A DNA stretch of 39,778 nt, taken from positions 1 to 39,778 of the forward strand of contig JAVECS010000024.1 in NCBI GenBank assembly GCA_051942165.1, read 5' to 3'. The notes under the pieces were generated by a model. It saw only the letters and a program-made list of their open reading frames with translations. It had not been told where the DNA came from and ran no database searches. The DNA is from Circinaria calcarea (Eukaryota). Below are positions 35,619 to 39,778 of this stretch, one piece after another; the first letter of the stretch is position 1; each line of letters begins with the position of its first letter. Made by a program: the position numbers and the translations under genes.

Positions 35619-36330
35619 CTACCGCATTAGTGTTTTTCTGGGTAGGAATTTCGCGTCCATTATATCGGGAAAGAGGTGATTGTGCAGAGAGACGCTATCC
35701 ATAGCCACAGTACAAGCTCCAACCAAGTTGGGGGGTGGTCGGGCAGAGCTTACGCCTATATGTATTCTGGGGCGGAGTGGTATCGTCTCATTGTTCGGAC
35801 TTGGAAATGCTGAATACGTCCTGTTCTCGAATATTTGCTTCCCTTCCCCAAAAATCTCGGCTCTTTTTTTTTTCTTTTTTTTATAATCTTGTGCTTTTTC
35901 GTGCTGTCATCCGTTTTCTAAAAATTCCCTCCATTACAATAATAGAGAACATGCGGTTTTTTTCTGTAACATCAGACCGGGGCCGGAATTCTTTTTTCCA
36001 TCTATACCCCTCTTTCCATCTGTGCCCCGTTTTCCTGAGCTCGCCACGCTTAGTACCCTTGTCTTACTATCAGAATGGAGCGCTTGATGCACGGGGACCC
36101 AGTGGGGCAGGAATATGCTTGGCAACACAGGGTCAGGGCTGACTGATATGGCGACAGTTGGTGAGGGACGGGGTTCGGGTGCTTGGGGGGAATGAGGGAT
36201 GGAGAGGAAGAGTCGCTGCGGGAGGGAAGGAGTTGATGGATAACAAAGAGGGAGATACGGTTGCGTGTCCAGTCAGAGATAATTCGCATTAGGGTCAAAG
36301 AAAGATGCGGGTGATGCTTCATTCGGTCCG
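35619..36330 (-). ncRNA. Candidate telomerase RNA (TER) or other structured Pol II ncRNA; boundaries approximate
   Basis: No credible ORF; minus-strand order: helix CUGACUG(36276-36270)/CAGUCAG(36145-36139), template-like CCCUGACCCUG (36138-36128), Sm-type GAUUUUUGG (35856-35848), three-way junction with GCUA-UGGA-UAGC hairpin (35705-35694), branch site CACUAAU (35632-35626) and UAG (35621-35619). Pseudoknot not identified. Confidence 0.3.
35864..35882. repeat. Interrupted poly(T) tract (poly(A) on minus strand)
   Basis: ttttttttttctttttttt read directly. Confidence 0.8.
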
Positions 36331-37395
36331 TGGGCAGACTGTGAGTTGAGAACGGCTTCGGTCAAAGGCAATCACGCTTACAAGGCAGTGATATACATCA
36401 CGGGGCTCGAATCGCTTTTTGGGCTTTTATCATGTCTTGGATATTCTCTATTAGGCAAATATGCGGAATAGAATGTATAGGTAGGATGAATGGATAATCC
36501 ATGCCGGAGTGCAGATATTTCCTACCAGGCGTGAATCATGGTAGAAACAACCCCGTGATCATCGCTTTTCACCAGTGTTCTTGACCATCCATCAAATCCT
36601 TCACGATTTCAAGGTGACAAGTTCCCTAAGCATTGAAAAAGTCACCTTGTTAGCACTCATCCAGTGCGTCTAACAAGGTTAAAACAACGCCTAGGTTTAT
36701 CTCAGAACATTGACTGATTTGCTAATTTCATTCTCGAAACACAATTGTTACGAACTCAACCATTAAAACATAGAAAACTTGGATCATCATTGATGTAGAG
36801 ACGGCAAGAAGAATGGAGAGGTGCTTACGGATCTCACTCGGTGTTTCTGAGGTAACAGGTAGCCTTGGAGAATTCGAGTCTCATCTCTGACAGGGAGACC
36901 ATATCATCTAGACGCGGTCAGCACAGGCCGCTATATGTTTTTAACGTCTGAAAACAAATATTGTGGGTAGGCTCGGCGTGAATGTTGAGCATTTCGTACA
37001 TAAACCTGCGTAAGAAGCGAAGTGCTCGCCATATGGATAAAGTCATTTCTACTAGGAAGAGAACGGAGACTTCCTAAAGAATAAGTCAAAGGCTTACAAT
37101 AACACCCTTGAGCAAACCGGTCCTCCTTCATCTCGTCTCTAATCCACTCCAGAAGTGTGTCGTCACTAGCACGAAAATATCTAGTTAGTTTTAGGTTACA
37201 AAATAAACGTGACTTTGCATTGGAAGTGCATCTGCCTTATGTCTGTCAGAGTCTAATTGATGAAATATCATGGCGCTGACGCTCAGTGATTTTGATTTTC
37301 TGACAGTTTGTTCATCATGATACGATAGATAGAAAAGGATCCAGGCATATAACGGTGGATTACCTTCCTTGACAGAGATTTCCATTTTCTGGCCC

Positions 37396-39778
37396 TCAGA
37401 GTTGCTCAATCCCCGTAACAAGTTGCTCAACCGTATCCACAGATGAAGTAAATGTGTGCTTTAGAGTTCGAAGCCTTGTTTCTGTTAATACTTATTCATA
37501 TCAGCGTCATGGGAACACCATACAGATTGGCCAGCTGCTTTTCGTGTGCTTTATCCTCGAGTTGCTTGGATTTCACGGCCGCAACTTCGAGCACAGCTTC
37601 AGGAATATTCGCAAGTCGAGCAACATTCAAACTATCAATATTAGTAGAAACTGTCAAATCTATTGCTCACCTAGGACTTACCCATAGGACCTGTGAGCGA
37701 CCCCTTCTCCAACTTGATACAGGAAAGTGATGTCTTGCCCCTCTTCACCACCTTCGGTAAACTGCATATGTACATTCCGGAGCTCACCATGTTCAAAAGC
37801 TTTCGCGAGAGAGCTTAGCTGTTGATAGTGCGTAATAAACAATGTTAAGCTCTTCGTCTCGCGAACAACATGGTCAAGCACAGCTTGCGCAATGGCTACG
37901 CCATCGTGTGTTGATGTTCCTCTACCCAACTCATCAAGAATGATCAGTGACCTTGGCGACGCTTGCTTTAATATGTCCGAAGTCTCCGAAAGCTCCACCA
38001 TGAAAGTGGACTCTCCTGCCATCATGTTGTCAAAAGCACCCATACGGGTAAAGATGGCATCCAACATCCCCAGCCGTGCTGCTTCTGCAGGAACATACGA
38101 CCCTATCTGGCCCATGACGGCGATAAGGGCAACCTGCCTAACGTAGCTAGATTTGCCACCCATGTTTGGTCCCGTAATAAGAAGGGCTCTCGTACGGTCC
38201 AATGCTAGATCGATATCATTCGGAACGTATGCATCGAGGAGTAGCTGCTCCACCATGGGATGTCTGCCTTGTTCGACTCTAATGTACGTTTCATTGGTAT
38301 ACTCTGGCTTAATATAACCAGGTTGACTTCCCACAATTGCGAGTGAAAGAAGGCAATCGAGCGTAGCTAAAGATTGCACACAATCGCGAAAGGATTGGTA
38401 CTTGGCAGAGATGTCTGTAAGTAAAGCTGCGAAAGCTGCATCGCACGCGGCAGCTAGAGCTTCCTTGTGCTGATCTCGCTCTCTCATCAACCGGACAACT
38501 TCTGGAGTATGGAAGCGCGAGACTTTCTTGGTCCCACTGATCTTCACCCAGGATGCAGGTACATTCTTCAATTGCGTGTTCTCGACCTCTATCAGGTATT
38601 CGATGCTAGCAACGGTGACGTACTCAACTTTCTTCTTTCGTATCTTCCCGGCTGCCTCAGCTCTGTGCGCATCAAGGTCAAACTCTACGCTTCCAATACC
38701 GAGTTTATGCTCGCTGATATTTTCCGTTTCCTCGCCTTCCCTGAAGAATGCATACTTGTCATCGTCTTTGGCGGCTTCGAGGTTGATCTTCTCAAGATAC
38801 ATAAGAACATCGTCAGCGATGGATGGAAGAGCTGCAATAGCTTCATTGATAATTGATGAGCGAAACCCAGCGTCTGCAGGTGATCTGACGGTAGCGAACT
38901 GTGTAGATATCTTCTGCATCGTTTGGAGTACAACTAAGAGTTCCGGTCGAGTGCACTAACAACTTGTTAGCCGTGTAAGTTGGGTATAATGTGTGCCACT
39001 CGTACCTTGCCATAGTAAATACGAATCAGGCTCTTTTCGAGGTCGGTTTTGATTTTTGATAGTAAATCCTTAATCCTATCAACGCTTATAGTTCGCTCGC
39101 CGTCCTTCAGCTCCTCGACCGCCGCAACCCGCTCTTCTAGTTTTTCCTTGTCAAGAAGCGGCCGTCCAACCCATTTCCGAAGCAATCGCTGACCGAAACG
39201 GGTTTGTGTCCTGTCCAGAGTCCAGAAAAGGCTACCTTTTTCGGAGTGATCCGTTTGATTCTGGTAGATCTCCAAGCTCGTCAGGGTGGTACCGTTGAGC
39301 AGCATATGAGACTTTGCGCTGAAAGATTGAAAGTACTTCGTAAGGTCGAAGACATGCTCAAGGCCATACTCTGACATATGGCTGATCATGGCCGAAAGAC
39401 AGATCATGACATTTTCTGAAAGCTTGAGAACCCTATCTAGCAGCGTACTGGCTTCTTCATCTACGTCCTGACCTGAAGCTTTCATTTTTCCCGCGTAGAA
39501 GTTTGATACGTGGCTGTAAGATTGAGCTACCATTGTTTTTGGCCGGTTAACCCTTTCCACACGGATCCTGTCACCGAAAACATTGGTCTTACTGCCCGAA
39601 AGGTGCTGAACAAGCTTTTCTGTTGCTTTGGATAGCTCGCCGACTATCAGCAATTCGCAAGGTGCGATATGAAGCAGTCTCGTCTCGATCTCACTCCTCA
39701 TAAAGCCGTCTTCGAAATCATCATGAATCACATCTCCTGTGGCGGGTTGCACAGCTACTATACCAACGTGTACCTTCT
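37396..39778 (-). CDS. MSH3: DNA mismatch repair protein MSH3 (MutS family), 5' part outside window; exons >39778-39006, 38955-37682, 37631-37524, 37474-37396
   Basis: [66 protein letters not shown], Walker [19 protein letters not shown], Walker [35 protein letters not shown]-terminus [10 protein letters not shown]. Confidence 0.95.

Noticed and set aside
35934..36322. Short ORFs 36050-36322(-), 35934-36128(-) and 35735-36142(+) as proteins
   Set aside because: Low-complexity translations of CT-rich and T-rich tracts with no recognisable motif or splice model.
36360..36372. U5 snRNA loop-1-like TGCCTTTGACC on minus strand
   Set aside because: Mismatch in the invariant GCCUUUUAC loop and no closing stem or nearby Sm site.
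36020..36410. RNase MRP/P RNA (CACGGGGCTC near 36400; GTCCCCG/CGGGGC pairing on minus strand)
   Set aside because: No GAAAGUCCCC-type 5' P4 strand on the matching strand, and the minus-strand pair is only about 70 nt apart.
37191..37198. TTAGGTTA as a TTAGG-type telomerase template
   Set aside because: Only 8 nt in AT-rich sequence about 200 nt after the MSH3 stop, probably 3' UTR; no boundary helix noticed.

Overview
Gene-dense, intron-containing DNA from a filamentous ascomycete (Pezizomycotina-type GT-AG introns with RCTRAY branch sites; no finer taxon can be supported). In order: 5'-truncated GMC oxidoreductase (+); an unannotated decayed cytochrome P450 pseudogene (-); Pho80/PCL-type cyclin (-); proteasome beta-1 PRE3 (-) divergent from a BEM46-family hydrolase (+); NF-X1/FAP1 zinc-finger-R3H protein (+); a broken secreted Cys-rich gene (-); AlkB-family dioxygenase with GRF zinc finger (-); large RhoGEF-BAR-SH3 protein (-); a complete 10-exon telomerase reverse transcriptase (+); a TBC-domain protein lacking both catalytic fingers (+); and 5'-truncated MSH3 (-). 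The most interesting signal is non-coding. The 1.9-kb gap between the convergent TBC and MSH3 genes, about 3.3 kb downstream of TERT, carries on the minus strand an ordered set of telomerase-RNA-like elements: a template-like CCCUGACCCUG (predicting TCAGGG rather than TTAGGG repeats) abutted by a boundary-type helix, an Sm-type site, a P5/P6/P6.1-like junction and splice signals. A similar 3' module lies in inverted orientation about 0.8 kb upstream of TERT. No convincing triple-helix pseudoknot was found by eye, so this is a hypothesis. All exon boundaries were derived manually.
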